A DNA stretch of 64,000 bases from the NCBI RefSeq assembly GCF_009914755.1, contig NC_060933.1; one strand, 5' to 3'. A model generated the notes under the pieces. The model searched no databases and was not told where the DNA came from. It was given only the letters and a program-made list of their open reading frames with translations. Made by a program: the position numbers and the translations under genes. This document shows positions 1-11,040 of the stretch, one piece after another. This DNA is from the human T2T-CHM13v2.0 reference genome, Homo sapiens. Numbering within the stretch: the first letter of the stretch is position 1; every line of letters starts with the position of its first letter.

Positions 1-193
1 GGGCACAGCCACCTTGGCTGATTCAAGAAGTGTGTATCTGAAGAAGTATGATCCAAAGAAGTAGGACCACCCCAGCTACCAAGTCCTGAAGTAGAGTTGT
101 TTCATCCAACTTCAGACATGTGAGAAATAGATGGACATTGTATGCCACTGAGATTTTGTGGTTGTTTGTTATGCGGCAAAAGCTGACTGATAC
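1..193 (+). mobile_element. MLT1-family (ERVL-MaLR) LTR, 3' part
   Basis: Typical MLT1 terminus gccactgagattttgtggttgtttgttatgcggcaaaagctgactgataca. Confidence 0.7.
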
Positions 194-419
194 AGACCAC
201 TTAGCCAAAGTAAAGTATATTCAACTCTTAGTTATATTTATTGGATTTTTTAGTTGCTTACTATGTCTTGAGACTCTCCCTCACTCCTGTTTCCTTCCCT
301 GATTGTAGCTAATCCTCTCTGTCAAGGATGCTTCTGCTTCAAACTAATCCTTCCAGCTCTCTTTTGAGAGATACCTGCAACCACTTGACCACCTACTTGA
401 TGTGAATTTAGGCAATGAA

Positions 420-830
420 CTTGGATTGTTTGTCCTTTTAGTATTGAATTTTATAGGGATTCTTTATACGTTCTGGATACAAATCCTTTGTCAGATATAT
501 AAATTGCAAATATTTTCCCCAATCTGTTGCATTTTTTCAGTTTAATAGCATCTTCTGATGAGCAAAAAGTAAAAGTAATTTTGATGAACCTAATCTATCT
601 TTTTTTGTCTTTTCTGGTTAGAGCATTTTTTGTTCTAAAAAAGCTTTGCCTAGATTGCAAAGATATTCTCCTCTCTTTTCTTGTTTATAGTTGTAGCTTT
701 AGTGTTTAGCTTCTATAGATTAACTTCATAGTCTTAGCTTTTGTATTAGGGCTATGAGCTACCTTGAATTAATTTTTGTGAATGGTGTGTGTTGTGGGTC
801 AAGATTAATTTTCATTCATGTAAATACCCA
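420..830 (-). mobile_element. Old L1 (L1M) 3' fragment
   Basis: ttctggatacaaatcctttgtcagatatataaattgcaaatattttcccc is antisense L1 ORF2/3' region; strongly decayed. Confidence 0.7.
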
Positions 831-1072
831 GTTTTAGTAAATTTTAATATAATATCTTATGTTATTGAAAAAAGCAGGATGTAAAATATATACTGTAGGG
901 TCAGAACCATTTTTAATCTTATTTAAAGAAATAGGAAATAAATGCAATCAGATTAATAGACGTTGTCATTGGTAGGACTTCGGGTGAGTTTTTTCTTCTT
1001 CCTACTTTTCTGTATTTTCCAGTTTTCTATTCTAAAGTTATATTAATGTAATAATTTGGAGAAAAGCTCTAG

Positions 1073-1400
<328 letters not shown>

Positions 1401-2129
1401 TGATCCCCCACAAACTGGAGCTAGGATTAAGGTGGTTCCTCAGGCCTTTGTTCTGCCTACAATGTTCATGAGAGTTGCTTTCTAGGTTTGATTGCTGCTC
1501 AAACATTCAAAATCTGAAATAGCAAAGAAAGAAAAAAGAGGAAATCTATTCCAAAGCAGCTACTGTAACTGAAAGTTGAATGCATGCTGAGAAACAGTAT
1601 TATAATTTGATATAATTTGATATTTCAGCCTTATTTATTCTGAATTCCTAAAGCTTTGTAGGTATCCAATGCATTATGAAAAAATATTATTTACCTAGAA
1701 GCCTAGGGTGCCAAAGGGTATACCTTCTGTGTTTCATTTGGCCTGTGGACAGGGGAAATATTACATAATTCTGTAACTAAGGCCATCTCTCTGCAACTTC
1801 TCCATAGCATTCTGTGTCCTTGACCTTTACATAGTGGGCTGTACTGTCCCTGTCACAATGCTTGTGCATTATTCTTCTCTCAACCAGACCTCCTTATTTA
1901 CTCCTAAGTAGCTAACTCTTATATTAATATACTGTCTCTAAACCCCATTCACTCCACCCAGACCTTTGCCCCTTCCTTTCCTCCTAGACCACATGGTTAG
2001 TTATTTCTAGTAGATTTGTTCTATTACCACAACTACCTTTCCTCCTATAGTTTCCTCCTTGACAGTGCTAGCTTCCAGAAAACATTTTGCTACACAGCCT
2101 TGTAACATTGTCACCTGTCATATTACAAC

Positions 2130-2932
2130 TGATATGGGAGTGCTGAGAAGGGAAGAGCATCGTCCCTTTAAATGACACGGAAGCGGAAGCGGGGAAGGGA
2201 AGTGCTGGGTAGAGTAGGGCGTGGTCCCTGGCTAGGGATCCACCCCCAAGGACCTAGCGAAGGACAGGCACTCCTGCCTTGGAGCCTAAATGTTGCATTT
2301 CCCAAGACCACCCTGGCCTGCCATGCCCCATCCTGTGCCTATAAAAACTTGAGACCCTAGCAGGCACACACACACAAGTGGCTGGACAGAAGAAGACACA
2401 AATAGCTGGTCATGGAGAGCACGCCGCAGAAGAGCATGCTGACAGGCACCAGCAGGCCATCAACCAGCAGAAGACGAAGTTTGGCCAGAGCGGTTGGAAA
2501 AGGGTCCAGCGGCAGGACTCCAGGGAAAAACCGTCTCCCTTCTGACTCCCCGATCTGCTGAGAGCTACTTTCACTCAATAAAACCTTGCACTCATTCTCC
2601 AAGCCCACATGTGATCTGATTCTTCCGGTACACCAAGGCAAAAACCCCAGTGATACAGAAATCCCTCTGTCCTTGTGATAAGGAAAGGGGTGTAATTGAG
2701 AAGGTTAACACAATCCGCCTATAGACAGCAAACTAAGAGAGCGCCCTGTAACACACGCCCACTGGGGCTTCAGCTGTAAACATTCACCCCTAGACACTGC
2801 CATGGGGTCAGAGCCCCACAGCCTGCCAGTCTGTGTGCTCCCCTAGAGGTTTGAGCAATGGGGCGCTGAAGAAGTAAGCCGCACCCCCATTGCATGCCCT
2901 GCGAGGGGGACAAGGGAAACTTTCCTGTTTCA
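2130..2932 (+). mobile_element. Solo ERV1 LTR, LTR1-family-like
   Basis: TG...CA termini, perfect 4-bp TSD CAAC (2126-2129 and 2933-2936), TATA-like ctataaaa at about 2339, AATAAA at about 2577; family name from recall. Confidence 0.8.
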
Positions 2933-3529
2933 CAACCAGAAAACAAATGGCATTGTAGGTAACATGGGAAGAATTAGTAAGTAAAAATCAACAGAACTGC
3001 AGTTCTATAGAGAATCTGACTAACCAGGATAGATTGTTTCCAGAAAGCATCAAATTTCAGAAATATGTAATCTGGGCAATGAGAACAAAGACAGCTTTAA
3101 AAATATAAGGCAGGAAAAGTAGGATATCATATAAAGGTGGGTCATGTAGGGAAAATTTGGGAAAGACTCCAATGTCTGAGTGTCTTCAGTGGAAAATTAG
3201 GCCTCATTTAGCACATAACCTCCAGGTTATCTGATTCTATGAGGTTTGTGCCTTTTTATTATCTTTGAGCCATTTTATAACTGTAAATTTAGACAATGAC
3301 TAGCGATGCAAATTATTCTTGTTCCTGTTGTGCAAACGAGTTCTGTCTAGTGGAGTGACAATTGTTTTCCCTACCCCTGTCCCATGTGGAATAAGCCAGT
3401 TTTACTTTATTTGTTAATTCATTTCAGTATTCTTAAGTGTCTGTATATATGTGTGTGTGTATGGCTCTTAGAATTCTCCTTTGAACTGGTTGTCATGACT
3501 TACTGGTCCCTTGGATAAGAGTAAAATAA

Positions 3530-3812
3530 GGCTGGGCACAGTGGCTCATACCTCTAATCCCAGCACTTTGGGAGGCCAGGATCACTTGAGGCTAGGAGTT
3601 CAAGACCAGCCTGGGCAACACAGCAAGACCCCTTCCCTACAAAAAAAAAATTTGGCTGGGTGCAGCAGCACCTACCTGTAGTCCTAGCTACTTGGAAGGC
3701 TGAGGCAGGAGGATTGCTTGAGCACAGGAGGTCGCGGCTGCAGTGAGCCTTGATTATGCCACTGCACTCCAGGCTCAGCAACAGAGTCAGATCTTGTCTC
3801 AAAAAAAAAATA
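3530..3812 (+). mobile_element. Alu (AluJ-type, small internal deletions)
   Basis: ggctgggcacagtggctc...gtctc then poly(A); AluJ-like ggaggattgcttgagc. Confidence 0.93.
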
Positions 3813-4784
3813 AGAAAGTAAGTAAAATTTTGACAACGTTTATTTTATATTTGTATGAGTCATTATTCTGCCTTTAAAAAATATCTTTTAACAATAATTT
3901 AAAGACATTAGTTAAAAAATAAATTTAGGAACTGTGACAATAGGGTCTTCCTTGCACAAATGGGCCTAGCAGAAATCATGGCAAAATGCAAGTCCCAGTT
4001 TGAATCTGGGAACTTCGTTTCCACTCCAATTAGGTGCCAGAACCCTGAGTTAGTGGAGAAATGCCATGTACTCGAGAACTCAGATTTGGGGGCATTATGT
4101 GGGATACCTGGCCACTCCACTTTGCATTTCAGAGGTTTACCACCTGGTGGCATTCCCCAAAACTTGGGGCTTCTGTCATCATACAAGGAGCAGCTATGGT
4201 TATTTATAAACCTTGTCATTTTGTAAGTGAGTATTATGGCTGTTAGGTTTGGCTAGCTGCTTCTTGTTTCAGTACAAAGTGGTGCAGCCCCAGAGAACTG
4301 CACCTGGAATGGAGTTGTGTCAGTATAGGGATTCACTCATTTTTTTCTAAGGTCCAATCCTGGATTGTAGTGCTATTCTCTTCCTCTGTTCCTGTTCCTG
4401 TGTTTCAGAGTTCAGAATGTTCCTAAAAGAAATTTCAGAATGAAGCAGACTGAAATAAGAAAATTCATTATTTTTTCCAGTCTACCATGCTACTCTAATC
4501 TAATTGACTTCCTGGTTATACTTTCCTTTCCTCTCTACCTCCCTCCTCCAGGCTCTCTTTGCTTCCCTTTCAGCTAACAGGCTTATTAGGCACAACCTCT
4601 TTACATACACTTTCCTGCCTCCATTCTTTTACTTTTCTTCTCCTTACTCTTGATCAGCCTGAATAATTCCATCAAGCCACCAAACACCTCAACCATTACA
4701 CTGGCATGGCGTAAAAGAGGAGTGTTCACCTCACCCAAATTCAAAGACATAGTCCTGAACTACTCTCTTCCATCTTTTCTTTCA

Positions 4785-4888
4785 GAGGCATCTTTTACTC
4801 TGTCGCCCAGGCTGGTCTCAAGCCATTCCCCCACTCACCTCAGCCCCAAAGAGTTGGGATTCCAGGCGTGAGCCACTGTGCCCGGCCT
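4785..4888 (-). mobile_element. Alu left monomer (FLAM-like)
   Basis: cccaggctggtctc...gtgagccactgtgcccggcc. Confidence 0.75.
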
Positions 4889-5182
4889 CCTCAATCTATT
4901 TTTTACTCTTATTGCTTTCTGCTTTCTGATTCTTCTGGCTAATGATTTGACTGCCATGTTGACCTGTACTTTGGACTGATGCTAGATATGATTTATTTTT
5001 AGCTTTATTAGTTTTTCTTAGCAATTATGATTTTCTGCTTTGCATGTATTGCATTCAAACTGTCTTGAATAAACACTTTCTCAATTTATCTTAGTCCTAA
5101 AATCCTTCCCCTCTTATTCTGCATCCAATGGCAAAGCTTCCTGCCAGCTCACTCAGGGCTTCATTAGAAAGTGGTCATTTCC

Positions 5183-5547
<365 letters not shown>

Positions 5548-5744
5548 CTAATCCAGTGTAGTCTATATAGTAGTTACTCAATAATGTGAATGTCAATGAT
5601 GGCTGCTAGGAGTTTCCAAGTAGAAGAAGAGTGGCTCAAATTTTCTGTTATTTGCCTCACTTTCTACAGCCACATTCTGTTAATTTCACCCTAATGGCCC
5701 TCATCCTGGAACCATAATCTACCCTTAGAAATATACACTCACCA

Positions 5745-6042
5745 GGCCGGGCGCGGTGGCTCACACCTATAATCCCAGCACTTTGGGAGGATGAGGCGGG
5801 CTGATCACAAGGTCAGGAGACTGAAACCATTCTGGCTAACACGGTGAAACCCTGTCTCCACTAAAAATACAAAAAATTATCTGGGCATGGTGGCAGGCAC
5901 CTGTAGTCCCAGCTAGTCCAGAGGCTGAGGCAGGAGAATGGCGTGAACCCAGAGGCAGAGCTTGCAGTGAGCCGAGATCACGCCACTGCACTCCAGCCTG
6001 GGTGACAGCGCAAGACTCCATCTCAAAAAAAAAAAAAAAAAA
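5745..6042 (+). mobile_element. Alu (AluY-like)
   Basis: Diagnostic ggctaacacggtg, gagaatggcgtgaacc, gagcttgcagtg; TSD AGAAATATACACTCA[C/T]CA. Confidence 0.95.
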
Positions 6043-6689
6043 GAAATATACACTCATCAAACAGGACAATGGTTTCCCAGCAATCCTAGTTATGGTTAAA
6101 TTATTCTCAACGTTTCCTTTTCCAAAAAATGCTGCATTTCCTCTCGATTCCACCCACATAATATGACTCCTCAACTTACACAAAGCCATGCATTATTTCT
6201 ATTTTTTTCTTCTCAGAAACATTAGTCATCTTCAAGACTTTCTCTTCCAAGCTTCCCGTCATATGCATAGTTGCCCAAACCTGAAGCCTTTGTTGTCATC
6301 TTCCAATCTTCTTTCTCTCCCAGCTTCACTTCTTCTCTCAACCGAATCAATCCCATTTCGTCCCCTCCTTTGTACTAAGACTCAGACTGTTTGAGTTCAG
6401 ACACTCATTACTCCTTCCTGGCGTTAACACAATGTCTTCATATCACTCACTAGAGGTGAAGATACCATCCTAAAGATTACCTCTGTCCCTTCTTTGCTCT
6501 TGCTTTTTCAGTGATGCCTTCAGAGACATATTTCTTCTTTCCTTTTTTTTTTTGGCAGGGGGTGTTATAGCAGCAATAGGACAGAAACATTTTTCAAAGG
6601 ATGTGCCAAGGAACAGTTACATCCGGGCTTGTTAATTATTATTTGTAAAAACAATTTATAGGCTTAAATAACTGGGGAATATTGAGTTA

Positions 6690-7030
<341 letters not shown>

Positions 7031-7399
7031 TACTTTCAAAGCCTGAAACATGATACTTATTATGAATTGCTAAGGGAATATGGGCTCCAATCTATTATTC
7101 AAGTATTATCTCATTGTATATTCTGAACAAAATATAAATTCTATTATACTTTTAGCCTCAGTGAGGAAAATCAAAAAAGCAGTTTGGAAGGTTAGTTTCC
7201 AGAATTTAAGATACAAGTATTCAATTGCAAAGGCTTTATATTCTAAAATTTCTTTAGAACAGGAAATTAATAAATGAGATATGTGGATGGGATTTCTTTG
7301 CAGCCCAGAAGAAATTCAGAAGGGGCCATTGGGCAAAAACACCTTTAAATGTCTGAGCCTCCAGGCTCTGACAGAGAGAAGAAGATTAATTTCAAACCT

Positions 7400-7845
7400 A
7401 CTTATTATATCACAATTGTGCAATCCAATGGATACTTTTCAGTGCTTGCCTTACTTGTGTCCCTGTGGTCTTTTTGTCTTGGAATTCTTTCCTCTGTCAA
7501 CTTCCATTACCCCATCCTACTATTTTTCCTTCTACTTTTGAGACTGCTCTTTCTCAGCTTCCTTTCTGTATTTTTTTACATAGTAATATCCCTAAAGAGT
7601 CCTTCTTACTCTGGTTCCTCTTATCATTCTCTGTACTCTCCTTCAACTGTACTACTTGTCCTGATAACTCAACTGCCCACCAAATATCTCTGCAAAAGCC
7701 GCACATTCACTGTGAACTCAATGTGTACAAACCTAAACTCACCACTCACCCTAAACCACTAAATTCTCTAGATTCCAAATCAGAAGAGTCTCTTGTCTCC
7801 TCCATTTTAGTAAATGACACCACCAGCCCTCTATAGCTTTTTAGG
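7400..7845 (+). mobile_element. L2 fragment
   Basis: Pyrimidine-rich L2-like text including caaatccaatggatac-like and taaatgacaccacca motifs; heavily decayed. Confidence 0.5.
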
Positions 7846-8353
7846 TGTGGGAATATGATGAGGTTTCTTTTCAAATAGCCTGATCAATCCTTTATTCTTT
7901 GATTCATGGTACCCCCCACCCATTTTTTCTTTTTCTTTTTTCTTCCTTTCTGCCTTTGTTACATACCCAGAAACACCACAGTACCGGGCGTTATCAGTAC
8001 CAGCTCACATTCCTTTCCTTATTTGGAAAGAAGACTAGCTCTCTAGCTCACTGCAGACACCCCTACTCCTTTCCCCTGTCTCCCTTATATGCCCACCTTA
8101 TCTAAAAAAGGTTCAAATGTTTAGCCAACTGGGACTAGTTTAGATTGTAGGGCCCGACCCCGGCCAATGGGGAAAGGGTACAGGGTCAGGACTTGCATTA
8201 GGAATAAAGGCTCTCATGCCCCTTTGTTCAGGTGTGCTCTCATGGTGACCGGCCAAGGAGAAGCACCCCTCTGCGCAAAAGTAAAATTGCTTGGTTAAGA
8301 ATCCTTTGTTTGAGTGTTCAATTTCCTTAGGATTTTGGGCATTATTCTCAACA
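7846..8353 (+). mobile_element. 5' LTR, LTR10 family
   Basis: TGTGGGAATATGATGAGG...CTCAACA; direct repeat of 16486-16997 at roughly 90% identity by eye; CCAAT at 8164, AATAAA at 8203. Confidence 0.92.
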
Positions 8354-8357
8354 ATTC

Positions 8358-8382
8358 TGGTGCCCAAATTCTGGGGCTCAAA
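8358..8382 (+). promoter_or_regulatory. Primer binding site, best resembling tRNA-Lys(CUU)
   Basis: TGGTGCCCAA-ATTC-TGGGGCTCAAA 4 nt after the LTR end, versus Lys1,2 complement TGGCGCCCAA-CG-TGGGGCTCGAA. Confidence 0.65.
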
Positions 8383-8959
8383 TACTCTCCTTTGGGAAGG
8401 GGGTCTTTGGTCACCTCACCCAGGGGTCCCACTGTCTTGTTATGGTGGCCAGAGGGTGAGGGGGGTCAGGGCCCACCCATTGTGATGAATAAATCTGGGT
8501 TCTCAGCAAAGCAGGGAGGAGAGGCTTGCAAGACCGTGGCAATAAGAGGACCAGGTAATTCTTGTGCATGGAAAAAGGTAGGAGACTTCACAAAGGTGAC
8601 AAAGTATTTCCTTGGTGGTCAGGATAATTTGGAGTTTGACAGTGTGTGAATGGGGCTAAGCATTATGGTTGTGTGGAGTGAGTGAGTCTTCTCTGCGGTT
8701 TCGTGTTGCCATCTATCGACTAGGGGCAGGAAGAGTCACAGTAGACAAAGAGAAAGAAGGGTACAAGGAGCCTCCAGAGGGGTGAGCTATAGGATATGCA
8801 GGAAACCCTTAACGGGAGAGGCTAAGCCTCCAGAAAGGGGGAGGTAAGACACCTCCAACACAACAGGTTGAACCCCCTCTTAAAGCCTCATTGAGCCTCT
8901 AGAAAGAGGGGGGTAGACACCTCTAACAGGAGAGGTTAGAGCCCCCCATAACCCCTAAG

Positions 8960-11040
8960 ATGGGGAATGTTTCATGTAAGACAGGAAAACTAAAGAGTCA
9001 AGAGAGCAATGAAATTCCTTCTGATAGCCCCTTGGGGCTTATGCTAAAGTATTGGAAAGATAATGAGAGGACCAAGTATAAACGAAAACAGCAGATGATA
9101 AAATATTTTTGTTTTATTTGGGCTCGAGAACCCATCCTGAAACCCTCACTTTTCTGGCCAAAATTTGGGTCAAATGAGGAGCGGATTTGTCAGCTCTTAA
9201 TTGAGCATGTTAATGATAAGAGCCCTGTTTCCCAGGAAGAAATTGATTACACCCTCTATTGGTGGCAGGGACCTATCCTCCTTTACCCTTTAGACTCCGG
9301 AGGGAGAAAGCCAGAAGCCAACCCCTCTGGCAGGGAAAGAGTTCCCATGTCTAGACAACCCACACCCACTAACACGTGGGACCCTCTAGATCACCTTCCT
9401 CCATTCAGTGCCCCTATCCCACTCCTCCAGTTCCTGTTTCAGGTCCCTCCCCTGCTTGTGTCACTCTTCCAGCTGCCCCCAATCCCGCCCCTCCGGTTCC
9501 CGTTTCAGGTCCCTCCCCTGCTTGCGTCACTCTTCTGGCCGCCCCTGATCCCGCCCCTCTGGTTCCCATTTCCGTTTCAGGTCCCTCCCCTGTTTGCATC
9601 ATTCTTCTGGTTGCCCCCAGTCCCGCCCCTCCAGCTCCCGTTTCCATTTCAGGTCCCTCCCCTGCTTGTGTCACTCTTCCAGTTGTTCCCGATTCCGTCC
9701 CTCTGGCTGCGGTTTCGGGTTACTGCCCAGCTGTTTCAGGCCACTCCCTCACTTGTGTCACTTGCCCGTGTTCCATTCCCCCAGCTGCTGCTGCAGATCC
9801 CTCCCCGACCTGTGGTTTCTATACTCATATACTCATATTGCTCCTCCTGCCTATAATCCTCACTTTGCAGAATTACCATCTTGTGAGCCTGCCCCACTCC
9901 TCAACAAAACTATTAAGTATCCCTCTTTAAAGGGGCTTCAATGTGAAATAGAGCAATGTAAAAAAGATATTCGAAACTTTCCATTTCCCTCCACACCTAA
10001 AGAGCCAGATCCAACTTTCTTTCCTCTAAGGGTGGTACCACAAGGACAGGGGGTGGCTATTGGCTTTGTAAACTCTCCCTTGACCAGTTCAGAAGTCCAG
10101 AATTTAAAAAAGGAGCTTAAGCCATTATTGGATGAGCCTTATGGAGTAGCAGATCAAATTGATCAATTTCTAGGGCCTCAGATATACACTGGGCTGAGTT
10201 GATGTCCATTTTGGGTGTCCTCTTTTCAGGGGAAGAACGAAGTACGATTCGGAGGGCTGCTATGGTGGTTTGGGAATGTGAGCACCCTTCTGGTCAAAAT
10301 GTTCCTCCTGCAGACCATAAATTTCCCACCCGAGACCCCCAGTGGGACAATAACAATGCAAATCACTGGGAAAACGTGAAGGACCTAAGGAAGATGATAA
10401 TAAAAGGAATTCGAGAATCAGTACCCCGAACTCAAGATCTTTCTAAAGCATTTGATATTCAACAGGAAAAAGATGAGGGACCTGCTAGATTCTTAAACAG
10501 ATTGAGGGAGCAAATGAGACAATATGCAGGCCTTGATTTGGAAAACCCCCTTGGACGAGGAATGTTAAAACCTCACTTTGTTACTAAAAGTTGGCCAAAC
10601 ATTTCAAGAAAATTACGAAAGATAGAAAGTTGGGAGGACCAGCCTCTGAGTGAACTGCTCAGGGAGGCTCAAAAAGTATATGTGAGAAGAGATGAGGAAA
10701 ACAAAAACAAAAACAAAAGACAAAACTCATGTTTTCTGCCTTCCAACAGATGGCTCCAAATCCATATATCTCTAAGCAGGGCTTTCAAGGGGCCAGAGAT
10801 TATAAGGGGCCTAAACCCTCCTTTAGAGGACTGAAGCCTCCATCTGGAGGGTCAAGGTCCTCATTTAATAAGCCCCCTAAGTGGTATAGGGGAGCAAGGG
10901 CTGAGAATGCTAAGACTGAGACGGAAGAAGGACAAGATAGATGCTACAGATGTGGAAGAACAGGCCACTTCAAGAGGGAATGTCCTGAAATAAAGAGAGA
11001 GAGAGAAATTTTTACACTCATGACTTCCGAAGAACAATAG
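8960..11040 (+). pseudogene. gag: ERV gag (frameshifted)
   Basis: MGN myristoylation-type start, MA motif SPLGLMLKYW, late domain PPAY, MHR QQEKDEGPARFLNRL, zinc knuckle CYRCGRTGHFKREC, TAG at 11038-11040; split over ORFs at 8960, 9376, 9594, 10199, 10729. Confidence 0.93.
9410..9775 (+). repeat. Minisatellite inside gag, units of 66 or 72 bp, about 5 copies
   Basis: Anchor ttcaggtccctcccctg or variants at 9440, 9506, 9578, 9650, 9716 and a partial at 9737. Confidence 0.9.

Noticed and set aside
9410-9775. Regularly spaced repeats that superficially resemble a CRISPR array
   Set aside because: The whole unit is repeated with no unique spacers, there are no cas genes, and it sits inside retroviral gag in primate DNA.
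8960-9856. 298-aa ORF as an intact novel membrane protein (matrix plus Leu/Phe/Pro-rich tail)
   Set aside because: The hydrophobic tail is the minisatellite read out of frame after a frameshift near 9410. The pyrimidine-rich repeat lacks stops in several frames, including antisense ORF 9414-9674.
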